From positions 67,048 through 131,047 of the forward strand of contig CAWJDX010000025.1 in assembly GCA_963841755.1 (NCBI GenBank): DNA of 64,000 nucleotides, in the 5' to 3' direction. A model generated the notes under the pieces. It was not told the DNA's origin. It saw only the letters and a program-made list of their open reading frames with translations, and made no database searches. This document shows, in pieces, positions 22,735 to 32,010 of the stretch (its first letter is position 1; each line of letters starts with the position of its first letter). Source of the stretch: an uncultured Candidatus Rokubacteria bacterium. GTDB lineage: Bacteria > Methylomirabilota > Methylomirabilia > Rokubacteriales > CSP1-6. Position numbers and translations under genes: made by a program.

Positions 22735-23552
22735 CCGACCCTCCCGGGTGATGCACGCGCGCCCAGCCGGTGAGGATCGCGCGCAGGTTGTTGACGACGC
22801 CGGTCGCGGCCACCATGAAGACGTGCATGACGGTGAACCCGACGAGCGCCCAGGTGAGCGCGAAGTGCACGGTGCGCGCGGACTGGCGGCCGCCGAGGAG
22901 CGCGGGCAGGAGCGGCAGCGTCGCGTCGGCCCACGGGCGACATGGCGAGCCCGGTGAGCACCACGAGCGGGCCCAGGACGACGATCACGGTGACGTAGGC
23001 CATCTTCTGCAGCACGTTGTAGCGCGGCTCGCCGGCCGGGAAGCGGAAGCGCAGGTGATCGCGCAGGGAGGCGCCGAGCCCGGCCAGGTCGCGCCCGCCC
23101 GGGACGAGATCGCGCGTCAGGTGGCGGCTCAGGAGCGCGTAGACGCCGAAGGTCAGCGCGTTCAGCACGAAGATCCAGGCGAAGAAGAGGTGCCAGCGCC
23201 GGCCCATGGCGAGCCACTGCGATCCCGGCAGGGTCATCCAGGCCGGGAAGCCCCGCGCGACGCGCTCGCCGTCCTCGGTGGAGGCGCCCAGGAGCCCGGT
23301 GGTGTCGAGGCGGTGGCCCCAGAGCTCGGTGACGCCGCGGATCTCGTCGTCGCCGGTCTCGATCGCGCGGAGGGCGAAGACCGCGTGCTCCGGGTCGGAG
23401 CGCTCGCCCCAGTAGAGCGCCGGGTGCGCGTTGAAGATCTGCAGCCCGCTGGGCACGAGCACGAGCAGGCAGAGCACGGTGATCCAGTGCGAGAGGCGGG
23501 TGGCCGCCGTGTGGCGGTAGAGCCAGGTGCGGGACGCGGGCCCGTCGGTCAT
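22727..23552 (-). CDS. membrane cytochrome b (b561 / Ni-Fe-hydrogenase b-type family), partner of the molybdoenzyme; frame broken near 22933
   Basis: ATG 23552: MTDGPASRTWLYRHTAATRLSHWITVLCLLVLVPSGLQIF.... After ...LTGLAMSP the +1 frame gives WADATLPLLPALLGGRQSARTVHFALTWALVGFTVMHVFMVAATGVVNNLRAILTGWARVHHPGGSDG*. This overlaps the next ATG by 8 nt. Length is 1 mod 3. Confidence 0.75.
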
Positions 23553-23569
23553 GCCGAGGACCCCGTGGG

Positions 23570-24851
23570 TCAGGCGGGCGAGGGAGGCGGCGTGCCGCCG
23601 CCACCGCCACCACCGCCGCGCCGGCGGCGGCCTCGACGGCGGCCCCGGCGCCGCGGGCGCCCGGGCGCGCCGTCCGGCGGGGGCGCGCCCGGCTCCTGGT
23701 CCGCCTCGTTCCCGGGCTCGGGACCGGTGTCGGCGTCGTCGTCGGTCTCGGCCTCGACGTCGCGAGGACCGCGATCGTCCTCGACCTCGGGCTCGGGGCC
23801 CTCGTCCCTGCCTGGTGTCGCCCTGCGGCCCGGAGACCCCCACGAGGGTGATCATGCCGGTGCGGCTCACCGCGAGCTCGTGGATGCGCCGCAGGCGCGT
23901 GATGAGCCGCGGCGAGTTCGGCGGGCGGCTGAAGCCGCGCTCCTTGAGGGTCCGGGCGAGGGTGTCGATGAGGACGGAGCCGTTGGGCGAGCGCTGCGCC
24001 AGCTCGCGCACGATGTCGACCAGCTCGTCGAGCGGCGCGGTATGGGCCTGGCCGTCGGCGGCCGGGACGGCGGGAGCCGGGGCGTGGTGAGCGACCGGGC
24101 GCGGGGGCATCGGGGCGCGAGGCGCGTGATCGGGGCGCCCTCCGCCACCACCACCCCGGCCACGACGGCGACCGCGCCGACCCCGCCGGCCCGAGCCCTC
24201 GCGCGGGGCCGGGGCCTCCAGCTCCACCGGCTCCACGATGGAGGAGGCGCCGGTGAGGCCGCGGTGGGACAGGCGCCGGTACTCGACGCCCAGCAGGGCG
24301 GCCACGTCGCCGACCGCGTCGAACGCGCGATCGTCCGAGATGATCTCGATCAGGTCGCCGGGCCGGGCGCTGCCGAGCCACACCCCCGCGCTCACCGCGA
24401 TGCGCAGGTCGCTCCAGTCCTTCACCCCGGTGGACGGGGCGCTGTGCACGAGGTGGGCGCCGCGCCGGGCGAGCAGCCGGGCGCTGTCCGCGCCGATCAC
24501 CCGCCAGTTCCCGACCGCGATCAGGTCGACCCGGCGGTCCTGCCGGTCGATGGCCAGGTGGTCGAGGACGCGGCTCACGTGGTCGGCGCGGCTCGAGTTC
24601 TCCACGTCCACGAAGATCGCGCGGCGCCCCGTCGGCAGCGGCGGGCTCGGCGCCGGCGGCTTGAAGCGCGCCGCGAACCCCCGCTCGGGCGTGGCGGTGC
24701 GCACCGCCGGGAGCGTGCTCTCGGGCTCGGGGGCCTCCACCGGGGTCGGGGCGGTCGCGGCCCGGGGGCGGGTGGGCTTCGGGGTCGGTTTCGGGGTGGG
24801 CTTGCGGGTGGGCTTCTTCGTCTGCTTGGCGGCGCGCTTGGGTTTGGCCAT
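23570..24851 (-). CDS. NYN (PIN-like RNase) domain protein with OST-HTH/LOTUS-like domain, Lys/Pro-rich N-terminus and acidic + RGG C-terminal tail; frame broken near 23809
   Basis: MAKPKRAAKQTKKPTRKPTPKPTPKPT...RRAIFVDVENS...LIAVGNW (NYN-like) ...LDELVDIVRELAQRSPNGSVLIDTLARTLKERGF (OST-HTH-like). In the +1 frame the tail reads DEGPEPEVEDDRGPRDVEAETDDDADTGPEPGNEADQEPG...RRRGRRRGRRRRGGGGGGGTPPPSPA* (stop 23572..23570) instead of running into the cytochrome gene. Confidence 0.65.
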
Positions 24852-24933
24852 GTCTGCTGAGCCGAAGAATCGCAGAAGTCGGCACGCGAGCCAAGCACTT
24901 CGTCACGGAGCGGCCCCGAGCCCAAATCTCCGG

Positions 24934-24962
24934 TTGACAACGCCGCGGGATACCCCTATCAC
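24934..24962 (+). promoter_or_regulatory. sigma70-like promoter candidate for the 24987 binding-protein gene
   Basis: TTGACA (24934..24939), exactly 17 nt, TATCAC (24957..24962). AGGAGG lies 8 nt before the ATG at 24987. Confidence 0.4.
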
Positions 24963-24986
24963 CGTCGGCACAGGAGGCCCCACCCC

Positions 24987-26525
24987 ATGGACGTGACCCG
25001 TCGAGATCTGCTGAAAGGCGCGGCAATGATCGGGCTCGGCGGCACGCTGTCCCGGCCGGAGCCGACCCACGCCCAGACCACCCAGAAGCGGGAGCTGGTG
25101 ACCGCGCAGGGCGGCGACATCGCGAAGCTCGACCCGCACTTCAGCACGAACTCGAACGAGATCCGGGTCTCGTTCAACCTCTTCGACAACCTGACCTCGC
25201 GCCACCCGGACGGCAAGCTCTACCCCGGGCTCGCCACCGAGTGGAAGCTCGAGGGGCAGACCACGTGGCGCTTCAAGCTGCGCCAGGGCGTCAAGTTCCA
25301 CAACGGCGACCCGTTCACCTCGGCCGACGCCAAGTGGAGCATCGAGCGCACCTACGACCCGGCGGTCAAGACCATGGTGGCCACCGCGCTCACCACGATC
25401 GACCACATCGACGCGCCGGACCCCTACACCCTGGTGATCACCACCAAGAAGCCCGACCCGCTGCTGCCCGCGCGCCTCGCCTTCTACGGCGGGCAGATCG
25501 TGCCGCGGAAGTACGTCGAGGCGGTGGGCAACGACACCTTCAACGCCAAGCCGGTGGGCACCGGGCCGGTGCGCTTCGTGTCGTGGGTCAAGGACGACCG
25601 GGCCGTCTTCGACGCCAACCCGGACTACTGGGGCGGGCGGATCGACGTGGATCGCTGGATCATGCGCCCGATCCCCGAGACCGCCCCGCGCATCGCCGCG
25701 CTGCTCAAGGGCGAGGTCGACATCATCACCCAGCTGCCGCCCGACCAGGCGGAGCGGGTGACCGGCAACGCCTCGACCCGGGTCACCGGCGCGCTCTACG
25801 CCGGCCTCTACGTGCTGGGCGTGAACAGCAAGCGCCCCCCGCTCGACAACCCGCTCGTGAAGCAGGCCCTGTCGCTCGCGATCGACCGCGAGGCGATCGT
25901 GAAGGAGCTGTGGCGCGGGCGCGGGCTCGTGCCCAACGGCCCCATCGCGAAGGGCGACAACCACTACGACGCGAGCCTGCCGCCGCTGGGCTACCGGCCG
26001 GGCGAGGCGCGCGATCTCCTGAAGAAGGCGGGCTACCGGAACGAGGAGATCTTCATCGAGACCACGGTGGCCTACGTCTCGCAGGACAAGGCGATGTCGG
26101 AAGCCATCGCCGCGATGTGGCGCGAGATCGGGGTCAACGTGAAGGTCGAGGTCATCGAGTACTCGGTGCGCGCGCAGAAGAGCCGCGAGAAGAGCTTCAA
26201 GGGCCTCTGGTGGTCCGATCCCACCTCCACCCTGGGCGACCCCGACGGCATGATGTGGCGCCTGCTCGGCCCGGGCGGGCCGATGGACTACTGGCGCGAC
26301 GCGCGCTGGGACGAGCTGGGCAACGCGGCGCGCTTCAGCGTGGACGAGCGCTTCCGCGGCCAGGCCTACCGCGAGATGACCAAGATCTTCCTCGAGGTGC
26401 TCCCGTGGCTGCCGGTCATCCAGCCCTACGAGGACTACGGCCTGCAGAAGTACGTGGAGTGGACCGCGAACCCGAACCAGCAGTTCGAGCTCCGGCGCTT
26501 CAACTTCAAGCTGAAGCGCGCCTAG
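24987..26525 (+). CDS. ABC transporter substrate-binding protein, family 5 (orphan), Tat signal
   Basis: Intact 512-aa ORF, MDVTRRDLLKGAAMIGLGGTLSRPEPTHAQ..., with a family-5 body (KFHNGDPFTSADAKWSIER). Confidence 0.9.
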   Translation: MDVTRRDLLKGAAMIGLGGTLSRPEPTHAQTTQKRELVTAQGGDIAKLDPHFSTNSNEIRVSFNLFDNLTSRHPDGKLYPGLATEWKLEGQTTWRFKLRQGVKFHNGDPFTSADAKWSIERTYDPAVKTMVATALTTIDHIDAPDPYTLVITTKKPDPLLPARLAFYGGQIVPRKYVEAVGNDTFNAKPVGTGPVRFVSWVKDDRAVFDANPDYWGGRIDVDRWIMRPIPETAPRIAALLKGEVDIITQLPPDQAERVTGNASTRVTGALYAGLYVLGVNSKRPPLDNPLVKQALSLAIDREAIVKELWRGRGLVPNGPIAKGDNHYDASLPPLGYRPGEARDLLKKAGYRNEEIFIETTVAYVSQDKAMSEAIAAMWREIGVNVKVEVIEYSVRAQKSREKSFKGLWWSDPTSTLGDPDGMMWRLLGPGGPMDYWRDARWDELGNAARFSVDERFRGQAYREMTKIFLEVLPWLPVIQPYEDYGLQKYVEWTANPNQQFELRRFNFKLKRA

Positions 26526-27796
26526 TCGAGCGCACGGTCGAGCAGGGCGCCCTCGACCGCCTCCATGCGGAGGCCGAGGGTGGCCGCCACCGTCGGGGCG
26601 ACATCTCGGCTCCGGATCGGGCCGAGCGCGACGCCGCGGCGGATCCCCGCGCCGGCGGCCAGGAAGAAGGCCGCGTTGTCGGCGTAGAGCGGGCGCTGGC
26701 CGTGGGTGCCCAGGTACTTGGGCGCGCCGTGCTCGTCGTCTCCGTCCGCGCCGTCACCGCCCGCACCATCACCAAACGAGTAGCCGGGCGCGGCCTCGAA
26801 CATCACGTCGGCGACCTGGTGGTGCGCGGCGGGCGAGGGCAGGCCGAGAGGCCCGTACTCCGCCGCCGGCCACATGCCGCTCACGCCCTCGATGGACGCG
26901 ATCTCGCGCGCGAGCTGCGCGAGCGCCGAGGGATCGGCGTCCAGTCGATAGAGGGCGCCCGCGCCGTGATTCATCACGAAGCGGGCCTCGCGCTGCGCGC
27001 CGAGCTTCCGCAGCCGTACGTTGGGCCGGATCTCGCGGCTCGAAGGCAGGAAGCCGTGGTCGGACACCACGAACACCGACGTGCGGTCGAGGCCGGGATC
27101 GCCGAGGGTGGCGAGGAAGCGGCCGATCAGGCCGTCGACGTACTCGAGCGCCCAGTAGGCCTCCGGCGAGCGCGGGCCGTGGAGATGCTGGAGGCTGTCC
27201 ACGCAGAGGAAGTGGAGCAGGAGCAGGGCGGGCTCGTGGCGCTGGGCCACGTGGGTGGCCACCCGGCCCACCATCTCGTCCTTGTGCAGGCGCCTGGGCA
27301 GGAGCGCCCACTCGCCCTGGCGGTGCATCGGGAAGCCGAGCGCGGTCAGCTCGTCCCACACCGCCTTCGCGGTCTGGGTCTCGAACACCCGCTGATCCTT
27401 GAAGAACGGGAGGTTGAAGTCGAGGGTGGTCGCGTTCCGGGTGGCCGGCCAGTCGATCGCCGCGGTGCGATGCCCGGCCCGGTGAGCCAGGTCGTACACG
27501 GTGGGCGCGCGCAGCAGCGCGGGCGCGTCGTAGATGGGATCGCCGGTCAGGTCCTCGGTGGCCCCGGTCCGGCGGTTCAGGATGTGGTTGGCCACGACGC
27601 CGTGCGTGCGCGGGCTGACGCCGGTCACCATGGAGACGTGGGTCGGCCACGTGGTGCTGGGGAAGACCGTCTCCATGCCCGAGGCGCGGGCGCCGCGCTC
27701 GGCCAGGCGCCGGAGCACGGGCAGGCGCGCCTGCAGATCGTCCCAGTAGAACGCCGCGAAGCCGTCGATGCTGATGACGACCACGCGGGGCTTCAC
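26522..27796 (-). CDS. nucleotide pyrophosphatase/phosphodiesterase (alkaline phosphatase superfamily, type I phosphodiesterase)
   Basis: Intact 424-aa ORF with a GTG start. VVVISIDGFAAFYW...FPSTTWPTHVSMVTG...VVSDHGF. Confidence 0.85.
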   Translation of the reverse strand: MKPRVVVISIDGFAAFYWDDLQARLPVLRRLAERGARASGMETVFPSTTWPTHVSMVTGVSPRTHGVVANHILNRRTGATEDLTGDPIYDAPALLRAPTVYDLAHRAGHRTAAIDWPATRNATTLDFNLPFFKDQRVFETQTAKAVWDELTALGFPMHRQGEWALLPRRLHKDEMVGRVATHVAQRHEPALLLLHFLCVDSLQHLHGPRSPEAYWALEYVDGLIGRFLATLGDPGLDRTSVFVVSDHGFLPSSREIRPNVRLRKLGAQREARFVMNHGAGALYRLDADPSALAQLAREIASIEGVSGMWPAAEYGPLGLPSPAAHHQVADVMFEAAPGYSFGDGAGGDGADGDDEHGAPKYLGTHGQRPLYADNAAFFLAAGAGIRRGVALGPIRSRDVAPTVAATLGLRMEAVEGALLDRALD

Positions 27797-27812
27797 GACG
27801 CGGACCGGCGAC

Positions 27813-28793
27813 TCAGGCCGTCGCGGGGGCGGCGGCCCGCGCGCGGGCGCGGTACTTCTCGAGGTTGCCGCCCGACTTCAGCTTGCCGGGCAGCGGGTGG
27901 CCCACCACGCGCTCGGCGAGCTGGCCCGCCTCGATCATCGCGTCGAGGTCGATGCCGGTGTCCACCCCCAGCTCCTGGCAGAGGAAGACCAGGTCCTCGG
28001 TGGTCACGTTGCCCGCCGCGCCCTTGTGGGCCGCGAAGGGGCAGCCACCCAGGCCCGCGACCGCGCTGTCGAAGCGGTCCACGCCCATCTCGAGCGCGGC
28101 CACCACGTTGGCGATGGCGAGCGCGCGGGTGTCGTGCAGATGGAGCTTCACCGGGATCTCGGGCCAGCGCGCCCGCACCGCGCCCACCAGCCGCTTGATC
28201 TGGAGCGGGTTGGCCCAGCCCATGGTGTCGGCCAGGCTGATGTTGCCGAGCCGCGAGCCGCAGCCCACCGCCTGCGCCTCGACCTTCTCGATGACGCCGA
28301 TCACCTGGGCCGGCGTCACGTCGCCCTCGTAGTTGCAGCCGAAGGCGGCCATCACCCCCACGTCGATCCAGTCCATGCCGAGGGCCTGGTAGCGCCGGGC
28401 CCAGCCGGGCAGCTCGGCGATCTTCTCGTCCACGCTGCGGTTGGTGTTCTTGCGCGTGAAGGTGTCGGTGGCCGCCACCCCGAACATCGGGCGCAGCGCG
28501 AGCGACTCGCGCAGGCGCGCGGCCCGCTCGAGGCCGGCCTCGTTGAGCCAGATCGCCTCGTAGGCCACCCCGGGCACCCGCTTGATGCCGGCCACCATCT
28601 GCTCGGCGTCGGCCATCTGGGGCACCCACTTCGGGCTCACGAACGAGGTGAACTCGATCGTCCCGACGCCGGTGTCGGACAGCGCGTCCACGAGGGAGAT
28701 CTTGGCCGCGAGGGTGATGTCGCCCTTCTCGAACTGGAAGCCCTCGCGCGGGCCCACTTCCTTGATGTGCACGTGCTTCGGCATGTCGCTCAT
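27813..28793 (-). CDS. HMG-CoA lyase-like (DRE-TIM metallolyase) protein
   Basis: ATG 28793 overlaps the upstream stop (ATGA). KEVGPREGFQFEK...LHLHDTRALAIANVVAALEMGVDRFDSAVAGLGGCPFA. Confidence 0.85.
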   Translation of the reverse strand: MSDMPKHVHIKEVGPREGFQFEKGDITLAAKISLVDALSDTGVGTIEFTSFVSPKWVPQMADAEQMVAGIKRVPGVAYEAIWLNEAGLERAARLRESLALRPMFGVAATDTFTRKNTNRSVDEKIAELPGWARRYQALGMDWIDVGVMAAFGCNYEGDVTPAQVIGVIEKVEAQAVGCGSRLGNISLADTMGWANPLQIKRLVGAVRARWPEIPVKLHLHDTRALAIANVVAALEMGVDRFDSAVAGLGGCPFAAHKGAAGNVTTEDLVFLCQELGVDTGIDLDAMIEAGQLAERVVGHPLPGKLKSGGNLEKYRARARAAAPATA

Positions 28794-29995
28794 ATGACCC
28801 TCCGTGACGCGAGCGCGTCGATCTCGTCCTTGTCGAGGCCCAGCTCGGCCAGCACCTCGCGGGTGTGCTCGCCCAGGCGCGGGGCGGGCCGCCGCAGCTC
28901 CATCTCGAACGCGCTGCTGTGCACCGGCAGCTTGGGCAGCTTGGCCGGCGCGCGGTCGGGCAGGGGGGTGATCATGAACTGCCCGGACGCGTTGAGATGC
29001 GGATCGTCCACCAGCTGGTCCGGCCGGCGCAGCGGAGCATACGGCACCCGCGCCTTCTCGAGGCGCTCCGACAGCACGGCGCTCGAGTGCCGCGCCATCT
29101 CCTGGGCGATGCGGCCGGGCAGCCAGTCGCGGGCGGCCACGCGCTTGGCGTTGTCGTCGAGGCGCGGATCGGCCAGCAGATCGTCGAGGCCGAACTCGGC
29201 GCAGAAGCGCTCCCAGTGGCCGTTGGAGGTGATGCCGATGAAGACCTGCTCCCCGTCGGCGGCGGTGAAGAGCTGGTAGACCCCCCAGCCCATCCGCGTG
29301 CCCTGGCGGATCTCCGGCATCGGCACCGACGGCTGGCCGGTGGCCGCGTACTGCGCGAGCCACTGGCCGACCCAGAAGACGGTGGTCTCGAAGAGGCCCG
29401 AGGTGATCTTCTGGCCGCGCTTGGTCTCCGCGCGCTGGTGGAGCGCGGCGAGCACCGCGATCACCCCGTAGGCGGCGGCGCCCACGTCCACGATCGAGGC
29501 GCCCGCGCGCAGCGGCTGGCCGCGGGGCCCGGTCATGAAGGCGAGCCCGGCGGACATCTGGGCCAGCTCGTCGAGGAAGGGGCGCGCCTCGTGCGGGCCG
29601 GGGAGGAAGCCCTTGAGCGCGAGGTAGATGATGCCGGGATTGGTCCGGGCCAGCACGTCGTAGCCCAGGCCGAGGGCCTCCACCGCGCCGTGCGCGAAGT
29701 TGTCGATGACCACGTCGGAGCCGGCCACCAGCCGCAGGAAGAGCGCGCGGGCCTCCTCCGACCCCTTGAGATCGATCGCGATCGAGCGCTTGTTGCGGTT
29801 GAGGAAGTGAAAGTTGGCCGAGGTCCCGGCCGGCATGCCGCGCGACTGGTCGCCCTCGCCGGGACGCTCGATCTTGATGACGTCGGCGCCCAGGTCGGCG
29901 AGCAGGAGGCCCGCGGAGGGCCCCGCGATGATGTGGCCCAGCTCGAGGACGCGCAGGCCCTCGAGCGGTAGCGCGCTGGTCATGTCGCCCCGCAT
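28790..29995 (-). CDS. CoA transferase, family III (CaiB/BaiF-type)
   Basis: Intact ORF with LEGLRVLELGHIIAGPSAGLLLADLGADVIKIE. The second ATG at 29983 (MTSALPLEG...) is the more likely start, because a TACAAT box overlaps the first ATG. Confidence 0.9.
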   Translation of the reverse strand: MRGDMTSALPLEGLRVLELGHIIAGPSAGLLLADLGADVIKIERPGEGDQSRGMPAGTSANFHFLNRNKRSIAIDLKGSEEARALFLRLVAGSDVVIDNFAHGAVEALGLGYDVLARTNPGIIYLALKGFLPGPHEARPFLDELAQMSAGLAFMTGPRGQPLRAGASIVDVGAAAYGVIAVLAALHQRAETKRGQKITSGLFETTVFWVGQWLAQYAATGQPSVPMPEIRQGTRMGWGVYQLFTAADGEQVFIGITSNGHWERFCAEFGLDDLLADPRLDDNAKRVAARDWLPGRIAQEMARHSSAVLSERLEKARVPYAPLRRPDQLVDDPHLNASGQFMITPLPDRAPAKLPKLPVHSSAFEMELRRPAPRLGEHTREVLAELGLDKDEIDALASRRVI

Positions 29996-30058
29996 TGTAC
30001 TGCAACGCGAGGAGTACGGGCTTCGTGAGTGCCCGTCGGTCGCGCAAGCGGCGGGGCG

Positions 30059-30292
30059 CTAGTTCTCGAACGCCAGCAGCGCCGACCGCAGCAACGCTTG
30101 GTCCGGGTCCTCGGGCGCGACCCACTGCGTGAGCTCTCGCCCACAGCCGCACTTGACGAGCACGCTATAACCGGAAGGGGTGGCTAGGCTCGTATCGGCG
30201 CGGCGTCGCCCCGCGCACTTGCGATGCTCCAGTGCGAAGTGGCGAAGCTCGGCATAGGCGCCGGCCATCACACACCCGCCGGCGAGGGCCAA
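30059..30292 (-). CDS. small Cys-containing hypothetical protein (69-77 aa)
   Basis: ORF-track 77-aa entry (TTG start; internal ATG at 30268). Codon usage is visibly less GC3-biased than the neighbours (TAT, CTT, CAT, GAT, CCT, GGT, TGT, CAA, TTG). Contains HRKC...CGC. Confidence 0.35.
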   Translation of the reverse strand: MALAGGCVMAGAYAELRHFALEHRKCAGRRRADTSLATPSGYSVLVKCGCGRELTQWVAPEDPDQALLRSALLAFEN

Positions 30293-30492
30293 CTAGTTTC
30301 CGAACACCTGCTCAGGATTTACCGTGATCGCGCCGCCGATCGCGCCGCCCCGGCTGTCCGCCGAAACGCCGGCCGTTCTGTACTCTCGTATTCTGCAAGG
30401 CGGGCATTGAATGGCTCTTCCGGTACCTGTCGTGTGGCGCATCCGAAGAGCGCTGCGCTGCCGATCACGAACACCAGAACCCGGGTTTTCAT
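30293..30492 (-). CDS. small lipoprotein, probably with a glycine-zipper C-terminus (frame uncertain)
   Basis: ATG 30492: MKTRVLVFVIGSAALFGC (lipobox LFGC). The straight frame ends at TAA 30321..30319 after an Arg/Ala-rich tail. Another frame with better GC3 reads ...YRTAGVSADSRGGAIGGAITVNPEQVFGN* (stop 30295..30293). Confidence 0.4.
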
Positions 30493-30784
30493 GATTGCCC
30501 CCCTCACTCGATGAGTCCAGAGCGACTCCCGGCATCGACTGGTCGCATAGCGCATGCCAGTGGGTTGTTCAACGCAAGCCCGCGCTGTAGAAGCACATCC
30601 GCGCGCCCGACGCGAGCCCAGCAAGAGGGAGTGGAAGGAACTACCGCGTAAGTCTGGGATCAGCGTGCGCGGGCCCCGCCGCTTCCAGGAGGGGAGTGTT
30701 CGCTCAAGGAAAACGGGAGGATCGAGCAGAGCGGTCACGCCCCGCCGAAATTGGACCGGGCTTAATTCGCTCGGCAGGACAATT

Positions 30785-30816
30785 GAGGCGAAGGTTTGGC
30801 GAGGCGAAGGTCTGGA
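30785..30816 (+). repeat. imperfect 16-nt tandem direct repeat upstream of the small secreted-protein gene
   Basis: GAGGCGAAGGTTTGGC / GAGGCGAAGGTCTGGA (14/16 identical), ending 18 nt before the ATG at 30835. Confidence 0.6.
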
Positions 30817-30834
30817 GCGCCAAGGGGGACAACG

Positions 30835-31140
30835 ATGCTGAGATTGCTCGTGATTGCGCTGGGATTGGGAGCGGTCGTCGCCATGCCGGCTGCCGCGCAG
30901 TACCGGTACACGAACGACAAGGGCGTGACCAAGGAGGCGCAGTACAAGCTGGACGTGCCCGAGCCGTACCGCGATGCGGCGGTCTGGGTCGGGCCGACCG
31001 GGGTAGGCAAGCCGGCCTTGAGCGAGGACCAGCGCAAGATGAAGGAGCGCTGGGATCCGATACAGAAGAAGGCGGACGACGCGAGGAAGGCGGAGGACGC
31101 GCGGGCGGCCGAGCGCCAGCGGCTCGCGCCGACCCGCTAG
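30835..31140 (+). CDS. small secreted protein (101 aa), DUF4124-like N-terminal motif, Lys/Glu/Arg-rich tail
   Basis: ATG 30835 after AAGGGGG. MLRLLVIALGLGAVVAMPAAAQ signal, then YRYTNDKGVTKEAQYKLDVPEPYR. The C-terminus is charged and low-complexity. Confidence 0.55.
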   Translation: MLRLLVIALGLGAVVAMPAAAQYRYTNDKGVTKEAQYKLDVPEPYRDAAVWVGPTGVGKPALSEDQRKMKERWDPIQKKADDARKAEDARAAERQRLAPTR

Positions 31141-31152
31141 TCGCCCGGCGGC

Positions 31153-32007
31153 TTGCCGGGTCCGCATCGCTCTGATACCGTCCGCGAGGTGAACGGCAAG
31201 CTCGACCGTCCCGGCGGCGCGCTCCATTTCGAGGTCATCGACGCCACGCCTCCGTGGCTCGGAGAAGCGCCGCTCATCGTCTTCCATCACGGCATCGGCG
31301 CGACCGCCGACATCTGGGCCGAGTGGCTTCCCGCCCTCGTGGACCGCTTCCGGATCGCGCGCTTCGACACCCTCGGCTTCGGCCGCTCCGCCGTGCCCGG
31401 TCCCGGGTACGCGTGGTCGCTCGACGGGCTCGTGGAGGACGTGCTCGCGGTGGCGCGGGCCGCCGGCGGCGGGCCCTTCCACTTCGTGGGTGAGTCGCTG
31501 GGCGGCACCGTCGGGCTCCGGCTCGCGAGCCGGCATCCGGAGGCGCTCCTGAGCCTGACCGCGTCCAACGCCTCCCACCGGGGCGGGTCCATCCAGCGCG
31601 CGCGGGAGTGGCGCGAGTTCATCGGGGCGAAGGGCATGGCCGCCTGGGGCGAGATGATGACCCCGCTCCGGCTGGATCGCGCGCGGGTGTCGGAGGCGCA
31701 GTGGCGCTGGTTCGAGCGGGCGCAGGCCGAGGCCTCGCCCGATTCGGTCCTCGACCTCGCCGACCTGCTCATCGGCGCCGATCTCACGCCGGAGCTGGGG
31801 CGAATCGGCGTGCCGACGCTCCTGCTCGCGCCCGCGCGGAGCCCCTTCGTGCCGCTCGCGGTGATGGAGGCGATCCACGCCGCGATCCCGGGCTCCGAGC
31901 TCGCCGTGTTCGCGGACGCGCGGCACGGGCTGCCCTGCTCGCACGGGCCGGCCTGCGGTCGCGCGCTCCGGGCGTTCCTCGACCGCCGCGTGCCCTCCGC
32001 CGCCTAG
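31153..32007 (+). CDS. alpha/beta hydrolase (enol-lactonase-like)
   Basis: ORF-track 284 aa. HHGIGATADIW..., nucleophile elbow GESLGG, C-terminal His region ADARHG. The listed start is TTG, so the exact start is uncertain. Confidence 0.8.
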   Translation: MPGPHRSDTVREVNGKLDRPGGALHFEVIDATPPWLGEAPLIVFHHGIGATADIWAEWLPALVDRFRIARFDTLGFGRSAVPGPGYAWSLDGLVEDVLAVARAAGGGPFHFVGESLGGTVGLRLASRHPEALLSLTASNASHRGGSIQRAREWREFIGAKGMAAWGEMMTPLRLDRARVSEAQWRWFERAQAEASPDSVLDLADLLIGADLTPELGRIGVPTLLLAPARSPFVPLAVMEAIHAAIPGSELAVFADARHGLPCSHGPACGRALRAFLDRRVPSAA

Positions 32008-32010
32008 CGC

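Noticed and set aside
30554-31175. Plus-strand ORFs 30554..30841 (95 aa) and 30696..31175 (159 aa) lie in the low-GC islet.
   Set aside because: They have no ribosome-binding site and poor codon bias. They overlap the better-supported signal-peptide-bearing ORF starting at 30835, and the translations are Arg/Gly-rich without motifs.
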